Below, one piece after another: positions 34,989 through 43,829 of a DNA stretch of 64,000 nt; position 1 is the stretch's first letter; each line of letters opens with the position of its first letter. A model generated the notes under the pieces. That model ran no database searches. It saw nothing but the letters and a program-made list of their open reading frames with translations, and was not told where the DNA came from. Source of the stretch: Planctomycetota bacterium (GTDB taxonomy: Bacteria > Planctomycetota > Planctomycetia > Pirellulales > UBA1268); the NCBI GenBank assembly GCA_016872555.1, contig VGZO01000004.1:3382-67381 (forward strand). The letters run 5' to 3'. The translations under genes were made by a program, and so were the position numbers.

Positions 34989-36746
34989 ATGCTGACATCT
35001 TCCGCGGAGCCGGCCAGCCGGCGCGGTGAATTCGCGTGGCTCGCGCGGCTCGCCGCCCCCGAGCGCGGCCGGTTGGTGATCGCGTTTTTCTCGATGCTCC
35101 TCACCGGTGCCGCCGGCCTGGTCGTGCCGCGGTTCGCCGGCCGGGCCGTCGATGCGGTGCTCGTCGAGCGCAGCGTCTCGGGACTGCGGACCTGGATCGG
35201 GGCACTGGTCGGGCTGTACGTCGTCGTCGCGGCGTTCGACTATCTCGAGGCCTACCTGCTGCGTTCGGCGGCCGCGCGCGTGCTCCGCGATCTCCGCCAG
35301 CGGCTCCATGCGCACCTGCTCTCGCTGTCGCCGGCGTTTTACGAGCGCGAACGGGTCGGCGAGCTCGTGTCGCGATTGTCCGCCGACATCGGCACGATCG
35401 GCGAGGCGCTCACCGGCAGCGTCGTCAGCGCGGCGCAGCAGGGATTCGTCCTCGTCGGGGCGCTCGGGCTGATGATCTCGATCCATCCCCGGCTGACCGG
35501 CGTGATGCTCCTGGCGATCCCGCCGATCGCCGTCGCCGCCGTGCTGTTCGGGACGCGCTTCGCGCGGCTCTCCAAGGAACGTCAGGATCTCGTCGCGCGG
35601 AGCACCGTGGCCGCCGAGGAGTCGCTCGCCGGGATCCGCACCGTGCAGGCCTTCGGCCGCGAGGGGCTCGAGCGCGAGCGCTACTCGCGCGCGATCGACG
35701 CGGTGCTCGCGCTGTCGCTGCGCCTGGCGCACCTCTGGGGGGCGTACCAGGCGCTGGTCTCGATGCTCGCCTTCACCGCCGTCACGCTCGTGATCTGGTA
35801 CGGCGCGTCGCTGCTGTTGGCCGACGAGCTGACTCCCGGAGACCTGATGAGCTTCATGCTCTACACGGGCAGTGCCGGCGCGGCGATCGCGTCGCTGACG
35901 CACGTCTGGGGGAGCCTCGAGAGCGCGGCCGGGTCGTCGCGCCGCGTGCGCGAGCTGCTCGCCACGGCGCCGCTGGTGGCCGATCCGCCGGCGCCGCGCG
36001 AGCTGGCCGACCCGCGGCGGTTCGCGCTGGAGGGAGTATCGTTCGCCTATGCGTCCAACCCCGGCACGCCGGCCCTGGCGGGAATCACGCTCCGCGCCGC
36101 CCCGGGCGACGTGATCGCGCTGGTCGGACCGAGCGGCGGCGGGAAGACGACGCTGGCGAGCCTGCTGGTGCGGTTTTACGACCCGCAGGCGGGGCGCGTG
36201 CTCGTGGGCGGGATCGACGTGCGCGAGCTGCGCCTCGCCGACCTCCGCGCGGCGATCGGCTACGTGACCCAAGACGTGTTCCTGTTCGGCGGGACCGTCG
36301 CCGAGAACCTCCGCTACGGCAAGCCCGACGCCACGCTCGACGAGCTCCGCGCCGCCACCGCGGCGGCCCACGCGCTGGAGTTCGTCGAGGCGCTCCCCGA
36401 CGGGTTCGAGACGCTGCTCGGCGAGCGCGGCGTGCGCCTCTCGGCTGGCCAGCGCCAGCGGCTCTCGATCGCGCGCGTGTTTCTCGAAAACCCGACCATC
36501 GTCGTCCTCGACGAGGCGACCAGCGCCCTCGACGCCGAGTCGGAGCACGCCGTCGGCCGGGCGTTCGAACGCCTCCTCGAGGGACGGACGACGCTCGTCA
36601 TCGCCCACCGGCTGGCCACCGTCCGCCGCGCGACGGCGGTCGTGGTCCTCGACGCCGGCCGGATCGTCGAGCAGGGCACGCACGACGAGCTTCTCGCCGC
36701 CAGCGGCACCTACCGGCGCCTGTGCGAGCTGCAGTTGCTCGTGTGA
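34989..36746 (+). CDS. ABC exporter, fused permease/ATPase (MsbA-like type I exporter)
   Basis: Inside ORF 34860..36746, ATG at 34989. Six-TM N-terminal half. Walker A GPSGGGKTT, signature LSAGQRQRLSIAR, Walker B VVLDEATSALD. Confidence 0.9.
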   Translation: MLTSSAEPASRRGEFAWLARLAAPERGRLVIAFFSMLLTGAAGLVVPRFAGRAVDAVLVERSVSGLRTWIGALVGLYVVVAAFDYLEAYLLRSAAARVLRDLRQRLHAHLLSLSPAFYERERVGELVSRLSADIGTIGEALTGSVVSAAQQGFVLVGALGLMISIHPRLTGVMLLAIPPIAVAAVLFGTRFARLSKERQDLVARSTVAAEESLAGIRTVQAFGREGLERERYSRAIDAVLALSLRLAHLWGAYQALVSMLAFTAVTLVIWYGASLLLADELTPGDLMSFMLYTGSAGAAIASLTHVWGSLESAAGSSRRVRELLATAPLVADPPAPRELADPRRFALEGVSFAYASNPGTPALAGITLRAAPGDVIALVGPSGGGKTTLASLLVRFYDPQAGRVLVGGIDVRELRLADLRAAIGYVTQDVFLFGGTVAENLRYGKPDATLDELRAATAAAHALEFVEALPDGFETLLGERGVRLSAGQRQRLSIARVFLENPTIVVLDEATSALDAESEHAVGRAFERLLEGRTTLVIAHRLATVRRATAVVVLDAGRIVEQGTHDELLAASGTYRRLCELQLLV

Positions 36747-36839
36747 CCGACCATCACCCGGGCGTGCCCGGGGCTGACCGCCACCCGCCAAGGGCGCGGT
36801 TGGTGGTGGAAGGCCGGCCCGCTCGGCGCGCGAGATCGA

Positions 36840-37472
36840 TCACGACGGACGGGCGATGCGGCGAACCATCTCCCTGATGTCGTATCTGATCCGATCCCAA
36901 TCGAGTGGTCGCAGCATCACCGGCATCAGGTCCGTTTCCGCACTGTCGAAGTAACTGAGGCCCGCCAGCACCCGGGCGGTATCGGTCACGCGGAACCGCC
37001 GGCAATAGCAATCGAGCATTGCCTCGAGCGGGAGCGATCGGCTCAAGGCATGGACATCGACGAAGTCCTTCTTCGTGCCTCGCTGTGCGACGGCGAGCAG
37101 TTTCATCGCCGCCAGATCGGGGCACGAGGCGAGACGGCACCCGTATTCGGGCCAATCAACCGTGGGCTCGAGCAGCGGCGGACGAAACTCGAGGAAACTC
37201 ACGCGCACTCCCGCGACCCGCCCATGCACCGTGCCTCCCGCGAGGGAGATCGTTTCCAGGTCCACTCCGAGGTGTCGCAGCGAATCGGAAACGTCGACGG
37301 CGGCAACCGGGAATCGGCCCGTGAACCAGTCGAAGTCGATCGACCTGCGGTGCCCGAGGTGGAGGGCGACCGCGGTTCCGCCCGCCAGATGGAAGCCGAG
37401 CGCGGTCGCCGCCGGGCCCACGGTGCGGAGGCACACGCGCTGCTCCTCGGGGAGCACCTCGACGTGGATCAC
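36840..37472 (-). CDS. AbiEii/AbiGii-family nucleotidyltransferase toxin
   Basis: ORF 36840..37517. GTG at 37472 forms a GTGA overlap with the upstream small gene's stop; the ATG at 37517 is an alternative. LAGGTAVALHLGHRRSIDFDWF and AMKLLAVAQRGTKKDFVDV match recalled AbiEii blocks. Confidence 0.7.
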   Translation of the reverse strand: MIHVEVLPEEQRVCLRTVGPAATALGFHLAGGTAVALHLGHRRSIDFDWFTGRFPVAAVDVSDSLRHLGVDLETISLAGGTVHGRVAGVRVSFLEFRPPLLEPTVDWPEYGCRLASCPDLAAMKLLAVAQRGTKKDFVDVHALSRSLPLEAMLDCYCRRFRVTDTARVLAGLSYFDSAETDLMPVMLRPLDWDRIRYDIREMVRRIARPS

Positions 37473-37792
37473 GACACCGCATCCTCCCACAACCTTCGCT
37501 CCGGCGCGGCCAGCCACCGGTCGACTTGATCGTCAGGCAAGCCGATCACCGTCTGCCAAAACCGCAGCTGCGGTCCGGACAGCTGCCGCCCTTCGTGCCG
37601 TGAGATCCATTCGCGGATGCAGTCGTCGCCATACCGCGACCGCGCCCAGCGGAGCGCGTCCAGCGTCCCCGCGGAGAGAACGCGTCCGATGACGAAGTCG
37701 CTGCACCGCGCCGCGTCGATATCGGCGGCGTCCACGTCCCAGAGCAGAGACGCCACGTATGCCGGGAGCGGTGCCGTGGTCGGGTGAGTCAT
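37469..37792 (-). CDS. Small DUF6922-like protein, presumed antitoxin partner of AbiEii
   Basis: ORF 37469..37792 (107 aa). LLWDVDAADIDAARCSDFVIGRVLSAGTLDALRWARSRYG resembles the small partner proteins found 5' of AbiEii genes. Overlapping stop/start coupling with the toxin gene. Confidence 0.55.
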   Translation of the reverse strand: MTHPTTAPLPAYVASLLWDVDAADIDAARCSDFVIGRVLSAGTLDALRWARSRYGDDCIREWISRHEGRQLSGPQLRFWQTVIGLPDDQVDRWLAAPERRLWEDAVS

Positions 37793-37879
37793 GCTCGGAT
37801 TCTACCTTCGGTCGGCTGTTCCCATTCCACCGTCACCCCGCCGATCCCGCGGGGTGCGGTCTGCCGAGCTTCGCGAGGC

Positions 37880-38857
37880 TCAACCGGCCGGCAGCCGGTG
37901 GTCCGCCGCGATCGTGCCCAGATCGGCGAACTCAACGCGCTCGCCGGCCGCGGCGACGGCATCGCAGATCACGTCGAGCGTGCGGAACCGCGGATCGACG
38001 ACGTTCAGGCAGGCCGGGTGGCCGAGGAAGTCGAACACGCCCCCGTCGGCGATCACCCGCTCGACGCACCGCTTCGTCACCGCCACGAAGGCGTCGAGCG
38101 ACCAGCGGCCGTTGCGGAAGGCGCCGATGTCACTCACCGGGCTCATCGGGATCTCGACCAGACCGCTGGGATAGGCGAACGGCTGGGCGCGGGCCTGCGC
38201 GGCGACGATGTCGGCGATCACCGCCTCGGTGGGATCGGTGCCGGGCGTCGAGTTGGGATGGGCCGGGTAGAGGCTGCTCACCCAGGGAAAGCCGAGGTCG
38301 AGGAGCATCCGCTGGAGGTCGTCGCGGCCGCGGAGGCCGTCGGCGAATCCCCCCGGCGTGCGGAACCCCGCCGGCGCGATCCCGAGCCGGTCGCGCAGCG
38401 CCGCGGTCGCGAGCGAAATGTTCTCGCGGATCACGTCGGCCGGCGCCCGCCCCGCGACGAGCCACGGGGCGCGCTGGAAGCGGTATTGCAGGTCGGTGGC
38501 GCTCGCCGCCAGGAGGGCGACATGGTCGTAGGTGTGGTTGCCGATCGGGTGGCCGGCGCGGTGGATCTGCTCGAGCCACGAGACGTCGGCCTGCTCGAGC
38601 GCCCGGCCGACGAGGAAGAAGTGGATCCGGCCCCCGCGCGCCGCGACGCGCTCGGCCGCGGCGACGGCGTAGTCCTTCGTGGCGGTGTCGAGATTCCCCT
38701 TCTCGTAGTCCCAGTGGGTGTCTTCCCAGCGCGGGAAGTTGCGCGCCATCTCGAGGTCGAGCGTGATCGCGATCCGCGCCTTCCGCGGCGGCGCGGCGGC
38801 AACCGGCGCCGCGGCGAGGGCGCCGGCCGCGAGGAGGTGGCGGCGGGACAGGGTCAC
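37880..38857 (-). CDS. Polysaccharide deacetylase (NodB/CE4 family), Tat-signal-like N-terminus
   Basis: Inside ORF 37880..39874. GTG at 38857 forms a GTGA overlap with the upstream stop. N-terminus is VTLSRRHLLAAGALAAAP. HPIGNHTYDH lies in a NodB-like context. Confidence 0.75.
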   Translation of the reverse strand: MTLSRRHLLAAGALAAAPVAAAPPRKARIAITLDLEMARNFPRWEDTHWDYEKGNLDTATKDYAVAAAERVAARGGRIHFFLVGRALEQADVSWLEQIHRAGHPIGNHTYDHVALLAASATDLQYRFQRAPWLVAGRAPADVIRENISLATAALRDRLGIAPAGFRTPGGFADGLRGRDDLQRMLLDLGFPWVSSLYPAHPNSTPGTDPTEAVIADIVAAQARAQPFAYPSGLVEIPMSPVSDIGAFRNGRWSLDAFVAVTKRCVERVIADGGVFDFLGHPACLNVVDPRFRTLDVICDAVAAAGERVEFADLGTIAADHRLPAG

Positions 38858-39915
38858 GGACGCGCCTCCGTGAGCGGGCGGATCCAGGAGACTTGGGTGA
38901 CGAGCTGCTTGAGCGACGCCAGCGCCAGCGCCGCCGTAACCGCCTCGCGCGGCGAGCGGTTGGCGGGAAAGGTCGCCAGCGTCGCGTCGCCGACGAGAAA
39001 CACGTTGAAGTCGCGCGACAGGTTCTCGTAGCCGGCGGTGGTCTTGCAGTAGCACATGTCGGTCGCGTAGCCGACGAGGAGGACGTGCCGCACGCCGCGG
39101 GCGCGGAGGAAGTCGCGGAGCGGCTCGTAGCCCTCGTCGTCGTAGGCGACGACGTCGTCGGGATCGACGTCGAGGTCGGCGGTGACGGGGATCGGCAGCT
39201 TCCAGAAGCCGGCCGGGTCGAACCGGTCGCCGGCATCGAGGCCGGGAAACTGCCGGAAGTAATCGCGCACCGGGTGCTCCGCCGAGAGCACGAGCGCGTC
39301 GGGGAGCGCCCCGCCGCGGTAGTCGAATGCCGCCAGCGCCGCCTTCAGTTCCGCCTGCCCCGCGGCGCGCTGGTCGGCATCGGGGCGGTGGTCGAACGAC
39401 CGGTAGCAGCGCGCGCGAATCGGGTCGCGCTTGCCCGGCAGGCTGTAGACGACGCTGTCGACGAGGCCCCGGAGGCGGTTGACCAGCGGCCGCACCACCT
39501 CGTGGGTGTGGCGGCCGGCGAGGGCGTTTTTCCGCGGCGTGCAGAAGTCGGCGACGCCGGCCGGCTCCGGCGTCCGCCAGCCCTGCCCGTCGTCGATCCC
39601 CCAGGGGTGGACGACGACCAGCGCCGTCGCCGCGGCGCGAAGCGTGTTGGGGATCTCGACGATCCCCCGGGCGTTGTAGGAGAAGCGCCAGGCGCGGACG
39701 GCGAGGTCGCCCCCGTCGTCGGTCACGAGCGGAGGCGCCTCGAAGTGCCGCTCCTCGACGAGCGGCGCGCACCACTCGGGATGGTCGGCGAGGAGCGGCT
39801 GCGGCTGCCCGATCGGCACGAGCCGGTTGGCATAGTGGCGGACGGCGTCCGGCTCGGCAGCGGCGGCAGTGCACGCCAGCAGGATCGCGCCGAGAAACGG
39901 CATCACACGCGGCAT
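38854..39915 (-). CDS. Secreted cysteine hydrolase (isochorismatase-like) family protein with insertions
   Basis: ORF 38854..39915 with signal MPRVMPFLGAILLACTAAAA. ALVVVHPWGIDDGQG (start of the fold) and HVLLVGYATDMCYCKTTAGY..VFLVGDATLA (catalytic Cys strand) are present. Confidence 0.55.
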   Translation of the reverse strand: MPRVMPFLGAILLACTAAAAEPDAVRHYANRLVPIGQPQPLLADHPEWCAPLVEERHFEAPPLVTDDGGDLAVRAWRFSYNARGIVEIPNTLRAAATALVVVHPWGIDDGQGWRTPEPAGVADFCTPRKNALAGRHTHEVVRPLVNRLRGLVDSVVYSLPGKRDPIRARCYRSFDHRPDADQRAAGQAELKAALAAFDYRGGALPDALVLSAEHPVRDYFRQFPGLDAGDRFDPAGFWKLPIPVTADLDVDPDDVVAYDDEGYEPLRDFLRARGVRHVLLVGYATDMCYCKTTAGYENLSRDFNVFLVGDATLATFPANRSPREAVTAALALASLKQLVTQVSWIRPLTEARP

Positions 39916-39919
39916 CGGG

Positions 39920-42900
39920 TCACTCCTTCCGTTCGAGGTAGGCGAACAGGTCGCGGAGCTCCTGTGGCGAGAGCGGCAGGAGGATGCCGGCGGGCATCAG
40001 CGACAGGGGCGATTCGTGGATCGCGGCGATCGTACGTTCCGGCAGGTCGGTCACGGCGCCCTTGGCGTCGGTCAGGCGCAGGCCCCCCTCCGGGCGCGCC
40101 TGGGGGATCCCGGTGAGGACGCGGCCATCGGCCGTCTCGACCGTGACGGCGGCGTATTCGCGCCGGATCGTCGCCGACGGATCGACGAGCGCGACGAGCA
40201 GCGCCTGCCGGTCGCCGCGGTTGGCCCCGGTGAGGTCGGGGCCGACCGTGCCCCCTTTTCCAAACAGGCGGTGGCAGGTGCCGCAGTGCCGCGCGAACAG
40301 CGCCTCCCCCGCCACGGCATCGCCGGGGGCGGCGCGGAGGTCGTTGGACAGCCGGCGGACAACGGCGAGCGCTTCCTCCGGCGTCGCCTGACGCAGCCGC
40401 CCCCAGTGGCGGCCGACGAGGGCGTCGAGCGCCGGATCGGCGAACCGGGCGACGCCGCGCACCTCCTCGAGGTCGATCGTCGCCGCCGGGATTTCTCCCC
40501 GCTCGACGCTCGCGAGCAACTCCCGCGCGCCGTCGGCCCGCGAGAGGAGCGCCCGGCGCAGCACCGCGGCGATGCTCCCGTCGGCCTCGGTCCGAAGCCG
40601 GGCGACGAACGCCTCCGTCACGCGCGGGTCGGCGACGGAGCCGAGCAGCGCGACGAGCGCGGTGGCGACGGCCGGGTCGGTGCAGACGGGCAGGTCGCCG
40701 CGCGCACGCGCCAGCGACTCCTCGTCGCCGGTGCCGACGAGCGTCCCGAGCGCGGCGACGCGCCTCGCCACCGGTTCGGCCGCCCCGAACGCGGTGGCGC
40801 GCACCGCGGCCAGGGCCGGCGGATGGCGGCAGGCGACCGCGAGGCGCGTGAGGACGTCGTCGTGGGGCGTGCCCTCCCAGGCGGCGACGATCGCGCGGCC
40901 AAGCGCGCCGCCGGCCAGCGCCACGCCGTCGGCGGGCCGCTCGGCGATCCCCGTGGCGGCATGCCCCCAGGCGGCGAGCCGGTCGGCGGCGGTCGGGGCG
41001 GCGGCGAGCAGCGCGAGGGCAGCCTCGTCGCCGGCGCTCGAGCCGGTCGCCGCAGAGCGCCTGATGAGCCGGGGCAGGAGTGCGTGGCGACCGAGTGGCG
41101 AGGCCCACGCCGTCGGCCGCACGAACCGGCGCAGGACCTCGCCGGCCCCGGCATCGGCGTGGGCCTCGACCGCCCACCACCACAGCAGCTCCATCCGCGG
41201 GTCGCCGGCGTCGATTCCGCGGATGGCGTTGGCATTGACCAGCGGCAGGGCGACGGCCGCGGGGAGCCGGGCGGCGGTCGCTGCCAGTTGGCGGCGGACG
41301 GTGACGTCGGGCTCTTCCTCGGCAAACCGGTCGAGCCGGTGGGCGGCGGTCTGCGACACCGTCCCGGCGTCGCCGAGGAGGCGCACCGCCCAGGCGCGGA
41401 CCGCCGCGTGCGGGCTGTCGAGCAGCCGCAGGAGGAGGGCCTCTTCGCAGGCGTCGAGGCTGGCGAGCGTCCACAGCGCCGCGAGCGCCGTCGCCTCGGT
41501 GGCGGCGGTGGTGGCGCGCCTCTCGAGCGCCGGGAGGAGCATCGCGGTGGCGGCAGGATCGATGCAGTGGCGGCGGACCAGCTCGCGGCGGGCGCGGCGC
41601 GTGAACCACTGCGATGGGTGGTCGTGGTCGGCGAGGAGCTCGTCGAGCGTGAGCGCCGCCGGGTCGCCGACGGCCACGGGGGGCGTGTCGGTGCCGGCGA
41701 TCCGGTAGATCCGGCCGTTGGAGCGGTCCCACTCGGCGTCGGGGTCGGGGTGGGCGGTGCGGCCGTCGCACCAATCGGTCACCCAGATCGACCCGTCGGG
41801 GGCGGCGGCGAGGTCGGTGGGGGCGAACCACGGATCGGTCGATTCAAGGAGTACGCCGCCGTTGCGGGTCCGGATCCCGGAGCCGTCGGCGACGAGGTCG
41901 TGCCAGCGCACGGCGTGGCCGAGGAGGTCGCCGGCGACGTATCGGCCGCGGAGCCATGCCGGCAGCGTCGTGCCCCGTTCCACGATCCCGCCGACGGTCA
42001 CGTGGCCCCCCTGAAAATTCTCGTGGGGGGCGTGGTCGAGCCAGCCGTAGGCGAAGCGGTTGCGGAGCGGGCCGTGCTTGGCGAACGCCTTCACGAACGA
42101 CGCCCCCTGGAGACCGTGGACGAGGACATGCCCGCCCCAATTGGTCGCGTAGAACAGGTCGCCGTGCGGGTCGAAGTCGAGCCCCCAGGAGTTGCCGCCC
42201 CCCTCGCAGAACAGCTCGAAGCGCCGCGACGGCGGGTGGTAGCGCCACACCCCCTGCTGGAACTCGATCCCGCGGATCCGCGCCGTGACGGTGCTTCCCT
42301 GGCAGCCATACAGCCAGCCGTCGGGGCCGAACACGAGCGAGTTGGCGACGCTGTGGGCGTCTTGCATCCCGAATCCCGACAGCAGCACCTCGGGGTCGCC
42401 GTCGGGGCGGTCGTCGCGGTCGCGGTCGGGATAGAACAGCAGATAGGGGACATTGAGGACGTAGATACCGCCGTGGCCGAAGGCGATCCCGGTGGCGAGG
42501 TTGAGGCCGTCGACGAAGTCGGTGCCTGTCTCGTAGACCCCGTCGCCGTCGCGGTCGGCGAGGATCGTGATCCGGTCGGCGCCGCGCGGGCCGTGGGGGG
42601 GCGGTTCGGGGACGCGGTCGTACTCGGTGCGCGAGTAGCGATCGACGGCGACGCGCTCGAGCCCGGCGGGGTTGGGGTACTGGAGGTACTGGATCACCCA
42701 CGGCCGGCCGCGGTCGTCGAACTCGACGGCGACGGGCTGGCGGATGACCGGCTCGTGGGCGACGAGGCCGACGGTGCATCCCTCCGCCACGCGCATCGCG
42801 GCGAGCGCCTCCTCGGGCGTCGGCCCGGCGGCGGGGGCGATCGACGGCAGCAGGATCATGACCACGCACCCGGCCAGACCAGCTCCCGCTGCCGCGCCGG

Positions 42901-42949
42901 GCCGACGCCTGAAGAGTGTCGCGCGGGATCGCGTGGCTGGGTCGGTCAT
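39920..42949 (-). CDS. PVC-type membrane-bound dehydrogenase domain, HEAT repeats, C-terminal cytochrome c (heme-binding CxxCH) protein
   Basis: Inside ORF 39920..43522. ATG at 42949 has GGAGGGAGG upstream. Glucose/sorbosone dehydrogenase-like propeller blocks (GLVAHEP, PVAVEFDDRGRPWV, GNSWGLDFD), HEAT-like helices, then CGTCHRLFGKGG. Confidence 0.8.
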   Translation of the reverse strand: MTDPATRSRATLFRRRPGAAAGAGLAGCVVMILLPSIAPAAGPTPEEALAAMRVAEGCTVGLVAHEPVIRQPVAVEFDDRGRPWVIQYLQYPNPAGLERVAVDRYSRTEYDRVPEPPPHGPRGADRITILADRDGDGVYETGTDFVDGLNLATGIAFGHGGIYVLNVPYLLFYPDRDRDDRPDGDPEVLLSGFGMQDAHSVANSLVFGPDGWLYGCQGSTVTARIRGIEFQQGVWRYHPPSRRFELFCEGGGNSWGLDFDPHGDLFYATNWGGHVLVHGLQGASFVKAFAKHGPLRNRFAYGWLDHAPHENFQGGHVTVGGIVERGTTLPAWLRGRYVAGDLLGHAVRWHDLVADGSGIRTRNGGVLLESTDPWFAPTDLAAAPDGSIWVTDWCDGRTAHPDPDAEWDRSNGRIYRIAGTDTPPVAVGDPAALTLDELLADHDHPSQWFTRRARRELVRRHCIDPAATAMLLPALERRATTAATEATALAALWTLASLDACEEALLLRLLDSPHAAVRAWAVRLLGDAGTVSQTAAHRLDRFAEEEPDVTVRRQLAATAARLPAAVALPLVNANAIRGIDAGDPRMELLWWWAVEAHADAGAGEVLRRFVRPTAWASPLGRHALLPRLIRRSAATGSSAGDEAALALLAAAPTAADRLAAWGHAATGIAERPADGVALAGGALGRAIVAAWEGTPHDDVLTRLAVACRHPPALAAVRATAFGAAEPVARRVAALGTLVGTGDEESLARARGDLPVCTDPAVATALVALLGSVADPRVTEAFVARLRTEADGSIAAVLRRALLSRADGARELLASVERGEIPAATIDLEEVRGVARFADPALDALVGRHWGRLRQATPEEALAVVRRLSNDLRAAPGDAVAGEALFARHCGTCHRLFGKGGTVGPDLTGANRGDRQALLVALVDPSATIRREYAAVTVETADGRVLTGIPQARPEGGLRLTDAKGAVTDLPERTIAAIHESPLSLMPAGILLPLSPQELRDLFAYLERKE

Positions 42950-43827
42950 CGCCTCCCTCCGGCGGCGCCGTGCCGCACACCGTTTTCTCGAGGCCGACGG
43001 ACGCCGAGGAACGTCACGGCGTGGGCGACCAGCGCGTCGGCGACCACCTCGGCCATACCCTCGCGCGCCTCCGCGGCGCGGTACTCGGCACCGAACTCGA
43101 GCTGCACCGCGGCGACGTCGAAACCGCCGGCGGCGCCGTAGTGCCGCGTGATGTAGCCGCCGGTGTAGCCGGGCTGCTCCGGGCCGTCGAGTGGACCGGG
43201 GTGGACGAGCACGCCGCGGCGCTTCAGCTCGCCACACAGGCTCTCGGCACCGAACACCGCGCGCGGCCCGTGGCGGCGCAGCAGGAGCTCCGTCGAGACG
43301 CCGTTGCCCGTGCCGCGAAACACGGTCCCCGCCGCCGACCCCTGGCCGTGGAAGTCGACGACCAGCCCCGTGCCGTGGAGCCGCCGCATCGTCGTGCACG
43401 CGGTGACGAGCGCCCCGTGATACCGGGCGTAGACCGCCTCGGCGGCGGCGTCTTCGTAGGCCTCGTCGGGACGGCGGTTGGGATCCATGTAGCGCCGGTG
43501 GGCGCGGTTGACGACCAGCCACGGCCGCTTGCCGAGCCTCCGCTCGATGCAGTCGGCGACCAGCCCCGCCAGTTCCTCGGTGCCGCCGTCACGGGCGACG
43601 ACGAAGCCCCCCGGCTTGCGCTCGAGGCCCGCCCCCTGGCGCGGCGTGCTGCCGGGAATGTCGTGCGTGCCGCCGTGCGGTGCCGAGATCGCGATCGGCA
43701 ACTCGCCGCGCTCGATCCGGACGAGCTCCGTCGGTTCCTGGGCCACCGTCCGTGGCGCGACGACCGTCGCCACCAACACCGCCGTCCGCGCCGCGACGAC
43801 CGCCGCTCTCGCCACCCGCCCACGCAT
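42946..43827 (-). CDS. N-formylglutamate amidohydrolase (FGase) family protein, secreted
   Basis: Inside ORF 42946..45024. ATG at 43827 (MRGRVARAAVVAARTAVLVA). ISAPHGG, YMDPNRR and VVDFHGQG blocks are present. ATGA overlap with the start at 42949. The ATG at 43851 is an alternative. Confidence 0.6.
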   Translation of the reverse strand: MRGRVARAAVVAARTAVLVATVVAPRTVAQEPTELVRIERGELPIAISAPHGGTHDIPGSTPRQGAGLERKPGGFVVARDGGTEELAGLVADCIERRLGKRPWLVVNRAHRRYMDPNRRPDEAYEDAAAEAVYARYHGALVTACTTMRRLHGTGLVVDFHGQGSAAGTVFRGTGNGVSTELLLRRHGPRAVFGAESLCGELKRRGVLVHPGPLDGPEQPGYTGGYITRHYGAAGGFDVAAVQLEFGAEYRAAEAREGMAEVVADALVAHAVTFLGVRRPRENGVRHGAAGGRR

Positions 43828-43829
43828 GG

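Noticed and set aside
36757-36772. CCCGGGC-GT-GCCCGGG palindrome after the ABC exporter as a terminator
   Set aside because: A two-nucleotide loop is sterically implausible, the effective stem is short and there is no T tract on either strand.
39869-43141. 1090-aa ORF on the plus strand
   Set aside because: It is antisense to the well-supported PVC dehydrogenase/cytochrome c gene. The translation is Arg/Gly/Ala/Pro/Asp-rich with no recognisable motif, which is the typical GC-driven shadow ORF. The same reasoning applies to 989..2575(-), 3600..5210(-), 4938..6782(+), 11218..13737(-), 14197..16800(+), 28370..30856(+), 34764..36791(-), 55408..57741(+), 60611..61969(-) and similar ORFs.
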